Positions 1 through 8,248 of a DNA stretch of 64,000 nucleotides are shown here, piece by piece. Both the position numbers and the translations under genes were made by a program. Within the stretch, counting starts at the first letter, position 1, and each line of letters starts with the position of its first letter. The notes under the pieces were generated by a model. The model did no database searches and had not been told where the DNA came from. It was given only the letters and a program-made list of their open reading frames with translations. Source of the DNA: a virus; IMG/VR virus record IMGVR_UViG_3300042566_000678, positions 64,001-128,000 of that record, one strand, 5' to 3'.

Positions 1-106
1 ATTTAATCTCATAGAAATTAGAGTCTTCCCCACAATACTCAACTTTCCAACCCGATTGTCCTATGGGTTTGTCACATAATAGATAATAATTTTGTATCTT
101 TAGCAT
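1..106 (-). CDS. Hypothetical protein (runs off window edge), member of the LxIxN paralog family
   Basis: Hand translation MLKIQNYYLLCDKPIGQSGWKVEY...; N-terminus matches neighbouring MLTIQN/MLTIEN/MLTISN proteins. Confidence 0.7.
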   Translation of the reverse strand, partial: MLKIQNYYLLCDKPIGQSGWKVEYCGEDSNFYEIK

Positions 107-107
107 A

Positions 108-497
108 TTACATAAACATTATTATTTTATTTGTCATCCAAGTATAAAATCCAATTCTATCTTTTAGGTGTGTACGTGTACCCACAGATGTTTCATAAAT
201 TAAACCCTCCCTGCCACTATGAGTGAAACCTTTTTGCTCGTCGTAAATCTTAAAGTTGTATATGGATGTTGTACCTACTATTGGGTTTCTTTCCAAAAAG
301 CATTTGAACCTACTACGCCAAATCCTGCTCCTTCCATCGTTGTAACTCCAATAGAATGCGTAATAATCATAGTTACCCGAAATACCCGTTACTTCATCAG
401 GTCGATTGTACAAACCTGCATTTACTAATTTGAATGAACCTATCACCATTCCAACATCTGGGTCTGCACCTTTTGTTTGGTTTTGTATTGTTAGCAT
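108..497 (-). CDS. Hypothetical protein, LxIxN paralog family
   Basis: 129 aa, starts MLTIQNQTK; tightly packed with neighbours. Confidence 0.75.
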   Translation of the reverse strand: MLTIQNQTKGADPDVGMVIGSFKLVNAGLYNRPDEVTGISGNYDYYAFYWSYNDGRSRIWRSRFKCFLERNPIVGTTSIYNFKIYDEQKGFTHSGREGLIYETSVGTRTHLKDRIGFYTWMTNKIIMFM

Positions 498-500
498 ATC

Positions 501-848
501 TTATTTGTGACCAAAGTATTTGTGAAAATCTTCTAATTTAGCTATCATCCAACTATTGAACGCGGCGAATGATAGGAATTGGGATGTACGGACGAAATCA
601 AAAGCTGGGAGTGTGGTGTGGAATATTTCTCCTACGCCGCTTGTAGCTACCTTAACCGTATAGAATTGTTTCTCCCAATTGAACTCCATTAGGATTACAT
701 TACGAGAACTAGGATTTTGTGGGTATATCCATACTTGATTACCTATACTACCATCTGCTGATAATTTATATACATAATCACCAGGAAATGGACCTGTTTT
801 GATTATATGTCCATCAACCTTTTGTGCGAAATTTTGTGGTGCTTTCAT
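501..848 (-). CDS. Hypothetical protein, possibly a divergent member of the paralog family
   Basis: Start reassigned to ATG at 848 (MKAPQNF) because the upstream extension overlaps a promoter. Confidence 0.7.
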   Translation of the reverse strand: MKAPQNFAQKVDGHIIKTGPFPGDYVYKLSADGSIGNQVWIYPQNPSSRNVILMEFNWEKQFYTVKVATSGVGEIFHTTLPAFDFVRTSQFLSFAAFNSWMIAKLEDFHKYFGHK

Positions 849-852
849 ATGA

Positions 853-921
853 TTTATATTTAACTGATGTTTAACAAAGGTAAGTAAAAAAATCCACAAT
901 TCCTAATTTTTACTTAATTAT
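853..921 (-). promoter_or_regulatory. Early-type promoter (variant copy)
   Basis: TACCTTTG at 882-875 is a perfect Bacteroidota -7 TAnnTTTG; flanks resemble the other copies. Confidence 0.7.
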
Positions 922-934
922 TTAATATCCAAAC

Positions 935-1180
935 TCATTCTTCATCGAAATCGTATCGTTTGTAGAATTTTTCATAGTTTTCTTTAGGTTCTTTGGGTTT
1001 CGATTCCACCACCAACACATCACTACACTCCACCACCTTAATCTTTACATCTTTGTAGTATGGTGATGATTGTCGTAACACTCTTTTTGCTTCATTCACA
1101 CCCGAAGCAACCACATAACGTTCATACATTATGTAACCATGTCGGTTAATCAAGTGGAATTTATATAGTGTTGGTTTCAT
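935..1180 (-). CDS. Hypothetical protein
   Basis: 81-aa ORF in co-oriented gene run. Confidence 0.7.
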   Translation of the reverse strand: MKPTLYKFHLINRHGYIMYERYVVASGVNEAKRVLRQSSPYYKDVKIKVVECSDVLVVESKPKEPKENYEKFYKRYDFDEE

Positions 1181-1183
1181 ATC

Positions 1184-1420
1184 TTATTTACGATTTAATT
1201 TACTAATACGATGCCATCTTTTGATGAACCAATACATATGGACCAATAGTACCATAACGTTGACGATGATAGTAGGATTGTTTTGGATTAAGAACCCATA
1301 CCACACCCACACTAAACAGGCGAAGAGATTGACCATCCTTACCAACTTTTGTTTGGAAAAGGCAAAGGATAGAACGGACATCCCCATAGCAAAGTAACCA
1401 ACTAATTCTAATGTATTCAT
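1184..1420 (-). CDS. Small 3-TM membrane protein, YgjV/PQ-loop-like
   Basis: ELVGYFAM..VLSF..LVRMVNLFACLVWVWYGFLIQNNPTIIVN pattern. Confidence 0.65.
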   Translation of the reverse strand: MNTLELVGYFAMGMSVLSFAFSKQKLVRMVNLFACLVWVWYGFLIQNNPTIIVNVMVLLVHMYWFIKRWHRISKLNRK

Positions 1421-1425
1421 ATCTT

Positions 1426-1578
1426 TTATATATTTGCGATTTCAATAAACTTATTTGTAGGGTACTCATCGGCTTCTTTATGAGCCATCTTCCATGCGGT
1501 AGATATATCCTCCGTAGTGTATATCCTTTCAAACTTAAACTTACCACTAATGTAAAATCTAAACTTATATTCGTTCAT
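1426..1578 (-). CDS. Hypothetical protein (50 aa, below ORF-track cutoff)
   Basis: Hand translation MNEYKFRFYISGKFKFERIY...IEIANI; fills the gap, with an AAAGAT leader like its neighbours. Confidence 0.65.
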   Translation of the reverse strand: MNEYKFRFYISGKFKFERIYTTEDISTAWKMAHKEADEYPTNKFIEIANI

Positions 1579-1583
1579 ATCTT

Positions 1584-1835
1584 TTATCTTCCTATTTGAA
1601 AATCAATGTAATCCGATATTGCCATTGAGTTCCTAACGTTAATCCGTTTTTGAATCAACTCCATAGCTTCTTCGTATCTATCATACGAAACCACACCTTC
1701 ATTTATATAGTATTCGGAATTGGCTCGTTTAGGTGTTATACCCAATTGTTCTGCTCTCGCTTCGATGAACTCAACGTAACGTTCTAAAGAAAGTCGTTTA
1801 ATCGTTGATGGTTTTAAATCTAATATCCTTTTCAT
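1584..1835 (-). CDS. Hypothetical protein, paralog of 3445-3660
   Basis: Shares the GVVSx(D/E)RYEEA motif. Confidence 0.7.
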   Translation of the reverse strand: MKRILDLKPSTIKRLSLERYVEFIEARAEQLGITPKRANSEYYINEGVVSYDRYEEAMELIQKRINVRNSMAISDYIDFQIGR

Positions 1836-1847
1836 ATCTCTTATCTT

Positions 1848-2069
1848 TTATAGGTCGTAAATCTCTTCTAACTTACCATTGTAGTAGGCAACAAACAAAC
1901 CATACTCACCTACCTCAACGTTGTAATACCCATCGTTGTAATCCATCAAACTTACATCCAACCAACTTGTGTGGATACCATTCAGTTCACATAGGGTTTC
2001 GAACTCAACTGCGTTAATAGTGGGTGCAATTGCAATCAACTCTTTCTTCGTAATCTTTGTAGCTTTCAT
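1848..2069 (-). CDS. Hypothetical protein
   Basis: 73-aa ORF. Confidence 0.7.
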   Translation of the reverse strand: MKATKITKKELIAIAPTINAVEFETLCELNGIHTSWLDVSLMDYNDGYYNVEVGEYGLFVAYYNGKLEEIYDL

Positions 2070-2088
2070 AATATAAGGGGTTTAAGGA

Positions 2089-2376
2089 TTAACAATTAAC
2101 TCTGGCTTCAGAAGCCCAATCTTCATTAACTAAATACCAATACTTCTCTCTCATATGGATAATGTCGTAACCACCACCATTCTCCTCAATACTAACAATA
2201 CCTTTCTTAACCAAAGAACCTAACACACCACGAAGGACCTTTGTAGAGATTTCTAACTCCTTACTCAAATCATTCACATCCACATCGGAAAAGCCAGGTT
2301 CGGCATACAAACCACCAATAAAGGCAGTTAAGGTAAGTGATTCTAATTCCGTTAAATTCAATTCTAAATAGTTCAT
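2089..2376 (-). CDS. Winged-helix DNA-binding protein
   Basis: VDVNDLSKELEISTKVLRGVLGSLVKKGIV wHTH signature; start MNYLEL. Confidence 0.7.
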   Translation of the reverse strand: MNYLELNLTELESLTLTAFIGGLYAEPGFSDVDVNDLSKELEISTKVLRGVLGSLVKKGIVSIEENGGGYDIIHMREKYWYLVNEDWASEARVNC

Positions 2377-2404
2377 ATCTTTATGTTTAAATTGTTTCTC
2401 TCTC

Positions 2405-2463
2405 AATGTTTAGTAAAGGTAAGTAAAATATCTTACAATGTCAAGTCTTTTCTTAATTATTTT
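2405..2463 (-). promoter_or_regulatory. Early-type promoter TTGACA-N17-TACCTTTA with A/T-rich upstream tract
   Basis: TTGACA at 2444-2439, TACCTTTA at 2421-2414. Confidence 0.85.
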
Positions 2464-2801
2464 AAAGGAAGTTCTAACCCTAATTGTAGTTCAAAGATGT
2501 GGTATTCGATTTCGGTAAGTGTCTTCTTACCACAATTACGTTGAGCCATTAATCTGGCTTGGGTTAGTTTAAGGAAATCACCGATAGTAACGATACCCAT
2601 TGCCTTAACAACCTGATATGCTCTAAACGATATATCCAAATCCGTAACTGGTGATAGGGGGTTAATTTCGATTTGGGTTAGGGATTCTACCTTCGCTGAA
2701 TGAATTGCTTCCTCTAACTGACGATTTAACTCCTTCATACGTTTGTTGTATTCGGATTGTAACTTTTGAATTTGATTGGAAATGGATTGTAGATTGTTCA
2801 T
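2457..2801 (-). CDS. Coiled-coil + RNA polymerase alpha C-terminal-domain-like protein
   Basis: PVTDLDISFRAYQVVKAMGIVTIGDFLKLTQARLMAQRNCGKKTLTEI matches the alpha-CTD consensus; start MNNLQS. Confidence 0.85.
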   Translation of the reverse strand: MNNLQSISNQIQKLQSEYNKRMKELNRQLEEAIHSAKVESLTQIEINPLSPVTDLDISFRAYQVVKAMGIVTIGDFLKLTQARLMAQRNCGKKTLTEIEYHIFELQLGLELPLK

Positions 2802-2811
2802 ATTTTCGATG

Positions 2812-2885
2812 TTTATGTCTAACTGATGTTCTATAAAGGTACGCAATAATAACCACAATGTCAAGTCTTTTCTTAATTATTTTTT
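2812..2885 (-). promoter_or_regulatory. Early-type promoter
   Basis: TTGACA at 2864-2859, N17, TACCTTTA at 2841-2834. Confidence 0.85.
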
Positions 2886-2989
2886 CTTTTTGTCATTTTT
2901 TTATACCTCCATATAGGATAGCAAAAAAGTAAATAGCGATAACCCTATTCAGACATACCCTTTGGGTATAATAGTATATTAAATAAGTC

Positions 2990-3140
2990 TAGCCCGAAAA
3001 CATGACCCCCGTATGAAAACGTACTCGGCTCGGGTCCGGCGGGTGCCTTTCGAGCGTGTTACGGGAAATGGAGAGTCTCCCTTAACGGTGAACGCCGGCG
3101 GCGCCGCCTCCACTCACCCACCGCACACACCCACGCTCTC
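2990..3140. other. GC-rich non-coding structured island (candidate ncRNA or cis element)
   Basis: Very GC-rich against the AT-rich background; several nested stems and the palindrome GGCGGCGCCGCC. Confidence 0.5.
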
Positions 3141-3163
3141 ATAGTTAGATGGTTATCTAATTA

Positions 3164-3385
3164 TTAAATCTGCTTACGGATGGGACGTTCATACGCCTTT
3201 AAGGCTTGAGTAGCTATGTATTGATGTTCTCTGGCTGAACGTAGTGAGATTTCACATTGTTGTATTAGTGCTCCGTTCTTTTGGGATTGTGCTTGTAGAT
3301 ACATAACGATTATATCTTGTATATCTGTTTCTATTGCTTGTAGTCTACGTTGAAAGAAAGCTAGTGTCTGATTGTATGTACTCAT
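3164..3385 (-). CDS. Hypothetical helical protein
   Basis: 73-aa ORF. Confidence 0.6.
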   Translation of the reverse strand: MSTYNQTLAFFQRRLQAIETDIQDIIVMYLQAQSQKNGALIQQCEISLRSAREHQYIATQALKAYERPIRKQI

Positions 3386-3444
3386 AGTAGTCTTGATTTT
3401 GTTTTGCTAAAATAATTTTACCTTTGTTGTCCGCAGATGAAAAT

Positions 3445-3660
3445 CTATGCATGGCCTAGTCCGGTGAAGTGTTCTTCTATTACCTTACGAATCCCCAATC
3501 CCCACACTGCCTCCTCATATCTTTCTTCACTCACCACACCATACGAATAGCAGTAATCATAATTAACCTTTTCAGGTGTTGAACCATTCATTACAGCCAT
3601 ACCCTCTAACAGATTAACATAATCAACCAACTCTAAATTTGAAATCTCATTACTAGTCAT
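3445..3660 (-). CDS. Hypothetical protein, paralog of 1584-1835
   Basis: YGVVSEERYEEA motif. Confidence 0.7.
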   Translation of the reverse strand: MTSNEISNLELVDYVNLLEGMAVMNGSTPEKVNYDYCYSYGVVSEERYEEAVWGLGIRKVIEEHFTGLGHA

Positions 3661-3680
3661 AGTGTGTGTGGGTTTAAAGA

Positions 3681-3926
3681 TTAAGAAATAAATTTTAATA
3701 CATAAGAAGGGATACCAGCCTCATTACCTCTACCCACTCTCAATGCCTCCTCAATGATTCCAGCTGATTGTTTGTAAAGAGCGATGAACTCTCTTATCGC
3801 CTGGCGTTGTAACTTATTACGATAAGGAAGACGAAAACGTTCAAAACAAATAATCGGCGTTCCAGCCTTAATAACTCGTCCGATGTTAGCAGAAATGTTT
3901 TTGTAGATAATTGGTTCGTAATTCAT
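3681..3926 (-). CDS. Hypothetical protein
   Basis: 81 aa, first gene downstream of the promoter at ~4000. Confidence 0.7.
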   Translation of the reverse strand: MNYEPIIYKNISANIGRVIKAGTPIICFERFRLPYRNKLQRQAIREFIALYKQSAGIIEEALRVGRGNEAGIPSYVLKFIS

Positions 3927-3974
3927 AGTAGTATATTTTATGTTTAACTGAATGTCAGAAGCGTTTCCCCCAAC

Positions 3975-4035
3975 GTTTAATAAAGGTACGCAAAATATTT
4001 CACAATGTCAAGTCTTTTCCAAATTATTTTTAAAA
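3975..4035 (-). promoter_or_regulatory. Early-type promoter
   Basis: TTGACA at 4011-4006, N17, TACCTTTA at 3988-3981. Confidence 0.85.
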
Positions 4036-4250
4036 TAAATTAAAATTATTTCGTGAGCATATACACAGCATTCACACGTACTACCATACGGATGTAAAAA
4101 TATATCTTCAAAAAAAATTGTATTATTCTTATAAACTGATTTACATATGTAAACAACACGCGTGTGAATAGGTGGAATTGAGAGAATTTCTCGTACGCAC
4201 GAATGAAATGTGCGCTGAAATAATGCATAGGATTATTCCGTAATTAGTGA

Positions 4251-4456
4251 TTTAACTAATTAGTTGTTTAACTAAATACCTAAATATGTGAAAGTGTGTA
4301 AAATAAATTCAGGATTCCTTGGTTTTTTGCTCACAAATGAATATGTACTTGGCGTCCTTCAGGTGCGTTGTACCCGTATAGGGGACAGTGGGTTTCTTTT
4401 GCTATTTCCTATTGTGTTAATTACCCGTCTAACTAATTAGTTAAATAACTAAATAT
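4251..4456. repeat. Two copies of palindrome AACTAATTAGTT, each followed by TAACTAAATA, in a long non-coding gap
   Basis: Copies at 4254-4265 and 4431-4442. Confidence 0.7.
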
Positions 4457-4563
4457 CCATACCTCGTCAATAAGGGCTTTTATACACCTCTCGTATGTGA
4501 TTATATACCTATGATGATTTTAACACCTTATAGACGAGCAAAAGAATAGACTATGTGTAACGA

Positions 4564-5013
4564 TTAGTGAACGAAAGGGTGTTGGTTAGAATAGAGGTGT
4601 TTTCTTACCTTAACTACGGTTCCCGTTGATATTCCCTTCGATTTTCTTACCTTAACAATAGTTTTGGATGAAGCACCTAAAACCTCTACTATCTTTCTAA
4701 CGGAATATCCTTTCTCTAATAGGGTAATTATTTCTTTGGTTATGGGTTTATTCATAAAAGTTTCGGTAGATTCCATACTACCTACTCTTCTACCTGCTAC
4801 TCCCCCATTTTCAATCCATTTTTCCCTACCTAATTTTATTAACCTTTTCCACTCATTAGGGTTCTTATGTATCCCCACATCTTTACCATGCGCTTTACCA
4901 TGGCATACATTACATAGGGGTATAGTTTTAGTACCACCCAATGATTTAGGTATAATATGGTGTTGATGTATATGTTCACCACTACCACACTCAAAACATA
5001 TTTTAGTATCCAT
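4564..5013 (-). CDS. HNH endonuclease with C-terminal HTH
   Basis: CFECG..HQHHIIPKSLGG..LCNVCHGKAH; C-terminal GYSVRKIVEVLGASSKTI. Confidence 0.9.
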   Translation of the reverse strand: MDTKICFECGSGEHIHQHHIIPKSLGGTKTIPLCNVCHGKAHGKDVGIHKNPNEWKRLIKLGREKWIENGGVAGRRVGSMESTETFMNKPITKEIITLLEKGYSVRKIVEVLGASSKTIVKVRKSKGISTGTVVKVRKHLYSNQHPFVH

Positions 5014-5015
5014 AT

Positions 5016-5369
5016 CTATTGTATTACTTGTCTCCCACCACTATGTATTTGATTAAATACCCTTCTTATATCCTTAAAATCTTCTACTCTTAAAAATTTA
5101 GTACATCCTCTTGCAAGGGGTACGTTTACATTCTTACAATAGATTTTTACATATTCATGTCCAGCGAAATCATTTGGGTCATACATTTGTTGTGTTTCCT
5201 TATAGATTTGTACTAATATCTTTATATCCTTTTGTTCCTTATCCTTTAAGACGTACTCATATATACCCCCAATTGGGTTATCTCCTACATAATGTATTTT
5301 CCAACTCGTTAAACTCTTTTCTACGAAATTTACTAGCCTATTAGGATTTTCTATGTTTATCCTTTTCAT
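5016..5369 (-). CDS. Hypothetical protein, LxIxN paralog family
   Basis: MKRINIENPNRL. Confidence 0.7.
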   Translation of the reverse strand: MKRINIENPNRLVNFVEKSLTSWKIHYVGDNPIGGIYEYVLKDKEQKDIKILVQIYKETQQMYDPNDFAGHEYVKIYCKNVNVPLARGCTKFLRVEDFKDIRRVFNQIHSGGRQVIQ

Positions 5370-5725
5370 ATTATGTAACTATGAATTATTATATCCGTAA
5401 AATTTCCTAATGCTAATCCAAATTGATTCATATCCCTCAATACCCTACTACTCACCAATTGGGTTTCAAATCGGTTTGTATATGCACCTATCTCCCAACT
5501 CAACTCCCAATACCTTTCTTCAAAGTAAACACCTCTCGGTGGTTTTCTATCCAATACAATCCTTATCTCTTTTGAATCTACAAGAAATGTGGAATGGATT
5601 TGTAATTCAAACACATAGGTATTATTATTCATCCAATACACATCTTTTACTCTACATGTCCAATGGTGTGATTGTATAGGTACTTTCCTATCTACCATCT
5701 TATGTATGTTCTCTATCGTTAGCAT
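5366..5725 (-). CDS. Hypothetical protein, LxIxN paralog family
   Basis: MLTIENIHKM. Confidence 0.75.
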   Translation of the reverse strand: MLTIENIHKMVDRKVPIQSHHWTCRVKDVYWMNNNTYVFELQIHSTFLVDSKEIRIVLDRKPPRGVYFEERYWELSWEIGAYTNRFETQLVSSRVLRDMNQFGLALGNFTDIIIHSYII

Positions 5726-5767
5726 TTCTAGCTGAATTATTTTTATCTTATTTGTCCAACTTCCTAA

Positions 5768-6307
5768 CTAATCCTCATCCCATTCATAGTATCCCGTATA
5801 GACATCCAATAATTTCTTCTTAAATTTACTCACATCTTTTATATCATCTATGGATATGGTACTCCAATTATCACTATCATAATCCTCCAACCTATACAAT
5901 CCTTTTGAGTGTTCTTTTCTTTGTAGTTTAATATTCATCTCCGATGGACAATCCTCATATCTTCCACTAAAATCCCCATGTATAATAAATGTATATTCAT
6001 CCTTATCTTTATAGCATTTATGTATATTCGGCCATGGGTGATTACTATCATCATCCAATAGTTGATTTTCTAACTTACTAAAATTTTCGATATTTAACCT
6101 CATACCCTTTCTTTTAGGTTTAAGATTATACTCATCTAATAACTCATCTATAAGCTCTTTATCCTCATCAAATATATCTTCCCCATCAAAAAATACTTTC
6201 TTAACCCACCCATAGGTTTCTTCATCATCACCCTCTACCATTTGGATAATATCATTTATGGCGTTAGCCCATAGCATCTTTTGTACTTCTCTTTCCGTTG
6301 GTTTCAT
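5768..6307 (-). CDS. Hypothetical protein: acidic N-domain + LxIxN family domain
   Basis: Internal MRLNIENFSKLEN. Confidence 0.7.
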   Translation of the reverse strand: MKPTEREVQKMLWANAINDIIQMVEGDDEETYGWVKKVFFDGEDIFDEDKELIDELLDEYNLKPKRKGMRLNIENFSKLENQLLDDDSNHPWPNIHKCYKDKDEYTFIIHGDFSGRYEDCPSEMNIKLQRKEHSKGLYRLEDYDSDNWSTISIDDIKDVSKFKKKLLDVYTGYYEWDED

Positions 6308-6339
6308 TGTATGTTTATTTTATTATCCCTAATTTATTT

Positions 6340-6681
6340 TTATACCCCAATCTCCATCAACTGTCCTATTCTCTTCAATAGGGTATCCTTATCTCTTATA
6401 TCACTTGCCATCATATTCAACGTTTCTCCTCTACCATCTCTCAATGTGTATATTGGTGTGTGCGGCATTGAATCCCATATCCCCCCATGTCTAACCAATT
6501 GGACCTCACTCAACCCTACCATATCCTCATATTCGGTATGTAAATGAAAAGTATATAAATCCTTGTCCTCTACCACTCCGTTTATCACACATTTGAAAGC
6601 TCCATTCGGAAATTTTTGAGGTATTTCACACTTTACGATTTTATCCACATTATGGATTTTAATGGTCCTCGTCCCTATCAC
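6340..6681 (-). CDS. Hypothetical protein, LxIxN paralog family
   Basis: TIKIHNVDKI...VQLVR...IRDKDTLL. Confidence 0.7.
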   Translation of the reverse strand: MIGTRTIKIHNVDKIVKCEIPQKFPNGAFKCVINGVVEDKDLYTFHLHTEYEDMVGLSEVQLVRHGGIWDSMPHTPIYTLRDGRGETLNMMASDIRDKDTLLKRIGQLMEIGV

Positions 6682-7007
6682 CCTATTTGATTCTTATCGT
6701 TTTCATCAAACTCTATATTAAAGAAATCATCCTTTTTAGTTATCATCATCTCTTTCGCATTTTTAGGTGTAACGCTAGGTGAAATGTTAGGTACAATGGA
6801 TTGTTTATCCCTATCCCTCTTATCCAACTCATACCTTATGGTATCCCACAACGGATATACAAATACAACACACACAAATCCAACCAATCCCACCGCAAGG
6901 ATATATCCCACAAATTGAGGATAGTTTTTAATTGAATAGATGATACCCCAAACCCCACCTATTATGGCAGCCGTCCATAGAGCTGCGATTATACCATTTT
7001 TACTCAT
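6678..7007 (-). CDS. 2-TM membrane protein
   Basis: Two hydrophobic segments. Confidence 0.7.
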   Translation of the reverse strand: MSKNGIIAALWTAAIIGGVWGIIYSIKNYPQFVGYILAVGLVGFVCVVFVYPLWDTIRYELDKRDRDKQSIVPNISPSVTPKNAKEMMITKKDDFFNIEFDENDKNQIG

Positions 7008-7028
7008 ATCTTTATTGTTTATATCTCA

Positions 7029-7060
7029 CTAATATACGAAATTATTTTCATAAAACCAAG
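7029..7060 (-). promoter_or_regulatory. Bacteroidota-type promoter (TTGG...TATATTAG)
   Basis: Same spacing as the TTTG..TATATTTG copies elsewhere in the window. Confidence 0.6.
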
Positions 7061-7146
7061 GGGAAAGCATAAAAACTGAATCAAGGTAACTATCAAAAAA
7101 ATTAGGTTTCGACTCCGTTTCCTACCCCCGCCCCTCCCCCACGCTA
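7058..7146 (-). ncRNA. G-rich structured element, copy 1 (candidate cis-RNA)
   Basis: Homologous to 32456-32544; nested stems; core GTCGAA..CCTAA..TTTTTGATAGT. Confidence 0.5.
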
Positions 7147-7731
7147 AAATGGGTTATATGATGGGTTATGTTTTGTTGCTTGAATCATTGCTTTCTCATA
7201 CTGACTGAAAATATGCTCAACAAAAAATTCTTTACTCTTTAATACTTTTAGTGGTACTTTAGACCAGGAATACCCAACTGGTTGTTGTTTTTTATATACA
7301 GGTCTTACATCTTCATACCTTACCACCATCCTTACATACTTACCAATATTTTCATCCAATGGTGAGTCTTTATCCTCTTCTATTGGTTTGTATATCTTTA
7401 CAATACCACCACCTTGTGGCTTCGGACTTGAGAAACTCGGTAACAAATTAGATTGTTCTGTTATCGTATATGGGTAGTACTCTTCTTCAGGTGCCAATGT
7501 AGTGAATACAGAAGATGGTTTTAAAGATAGTGTTACACCATTTATCACCTTCCTTGCATTCAACTCCTTATAGTTATGCAGTTTGATATTCTTTACCCCT
7601 GGCTTATCTTTGATGTGGGCTTGGTATTGGTCAATTGCTTCCATTAGTTTTTGATTACTACTATCTATTTTGTGTGCTATTCTATCAAGTGTTATAGCAC
7701 GCATTATATCTGCGTATTCCATTGATTTCAT
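7144..7731 (-). CDS. Hypothetical protein, possible internal LxIxN-family domain
   Basis: 195 aa; internal IKLHNYKELN; ends in TAG. Confidence 0.7.
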   Translation of the reverse strand: MKSMEYADIMRAITLDRIAHKIDSSNQKLMEAIDQYQAHIKDKPGVKNIKLHNYKELNARKVINGVTLSLKPSSVFTTLAPEEEYYPYTITEQSNLLPSFSSPKPQGGGIVKIYKPIEEDKDSPLDENIGKYVRMVVRYEDVRPVYKKQQPVGYSWSKVPLKVLKSKEFFVEHIFSQYEKAMIQATKHNPSYNPF

Positions 7732-7952
7732 ATCTCCCCAAAATATTGTGCCGTTACTGCTATGAATACTCGCATTATATTTTCATCTACCTTACCCTCT
7801 GCTCTAACAAAATCCATATAGATTTCCGCAAGGTATTTAGTCATCTCACTCTGCTTATCTATGTTATTGGTTTTGGATTTCTGAATCATCTTCATCTTCG
7901 CCTCATATCCACCATGCTCATAGAATTGGTTGAACTTATCTATTATAGTCAT
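7728..7952 (-). CDS. Hypothetical protein
   Basis: 74-aa ORF with ATGA overlap. Confidence 0.65.
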   Translation of the reverse strand: MTIIDKFNQFYEHGGYEAKMKMIQKSKTNNIDKQSEMTKYLAEIYMDFVRAEGKVDENIMRVFIAVTAQYFGEI

Positions 7953-7964
7953 CCGTTTATCTTT

Positions 7965-8246
7965 TTAATATGGTTTCCAACCATTTCGTTTTCTTTCCTC
8001 ATCTTTTAACCTTTGGTATTCCCTTGCGTTCTCCTTATCTTTCAAATAATCTCTAATTGGTAGTGAAATCACAAACACCATACCAATCAATAATATGGTA
8101 GTTAGCACATAGGGTAAGTAATCACCCAATAGAACTCCAATTGTCAGTATTACTAAAATTATACCAATAACAGCCATTACCATTAACGCTGCAATTCCAA
8201 TTGCGGTGATGTTTCTTTTCCAAACGTGTTTTGTGTATTGATTCAT
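7965..8246 (-). CDS. 2-TM membrane protein
   Basis: Long hydrophobic hairpin, basic C-terminus. Confidence 0.7.
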   Translation of the reverse strand: MNQYTKHVWKRNITAIGIAALMVMAVIGIILVILTIGVLLGDYLPYVLTTILLIGMVFVISLPIRDYLKDKENAREYQRLKDEERKRNGWKPY

Positions 8247-8248
8247 CT

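Noticed and set aside
2990-3140. tRNA or hammerhead ribozyme in the GC-rich island
   Set aside because: No cloverleaf, T-loop or CCA arrangement and no CUGAUGA/GAAA core found by eye.
853-4035. Recurring ~50-bp repeats as a CRISPR array
   Set aside because: They are irregularly spaced, separated by whole genes and match promoter consensus. There is no cas operon, and the Cas4-like nuclease stands alone.
4046-4228. 60-aa ORF in the non-coding gap; likewise 25535-25732
   Set aside because: Both have implausible composition, and 25535-25732 overlaps promoter and terminator signals.
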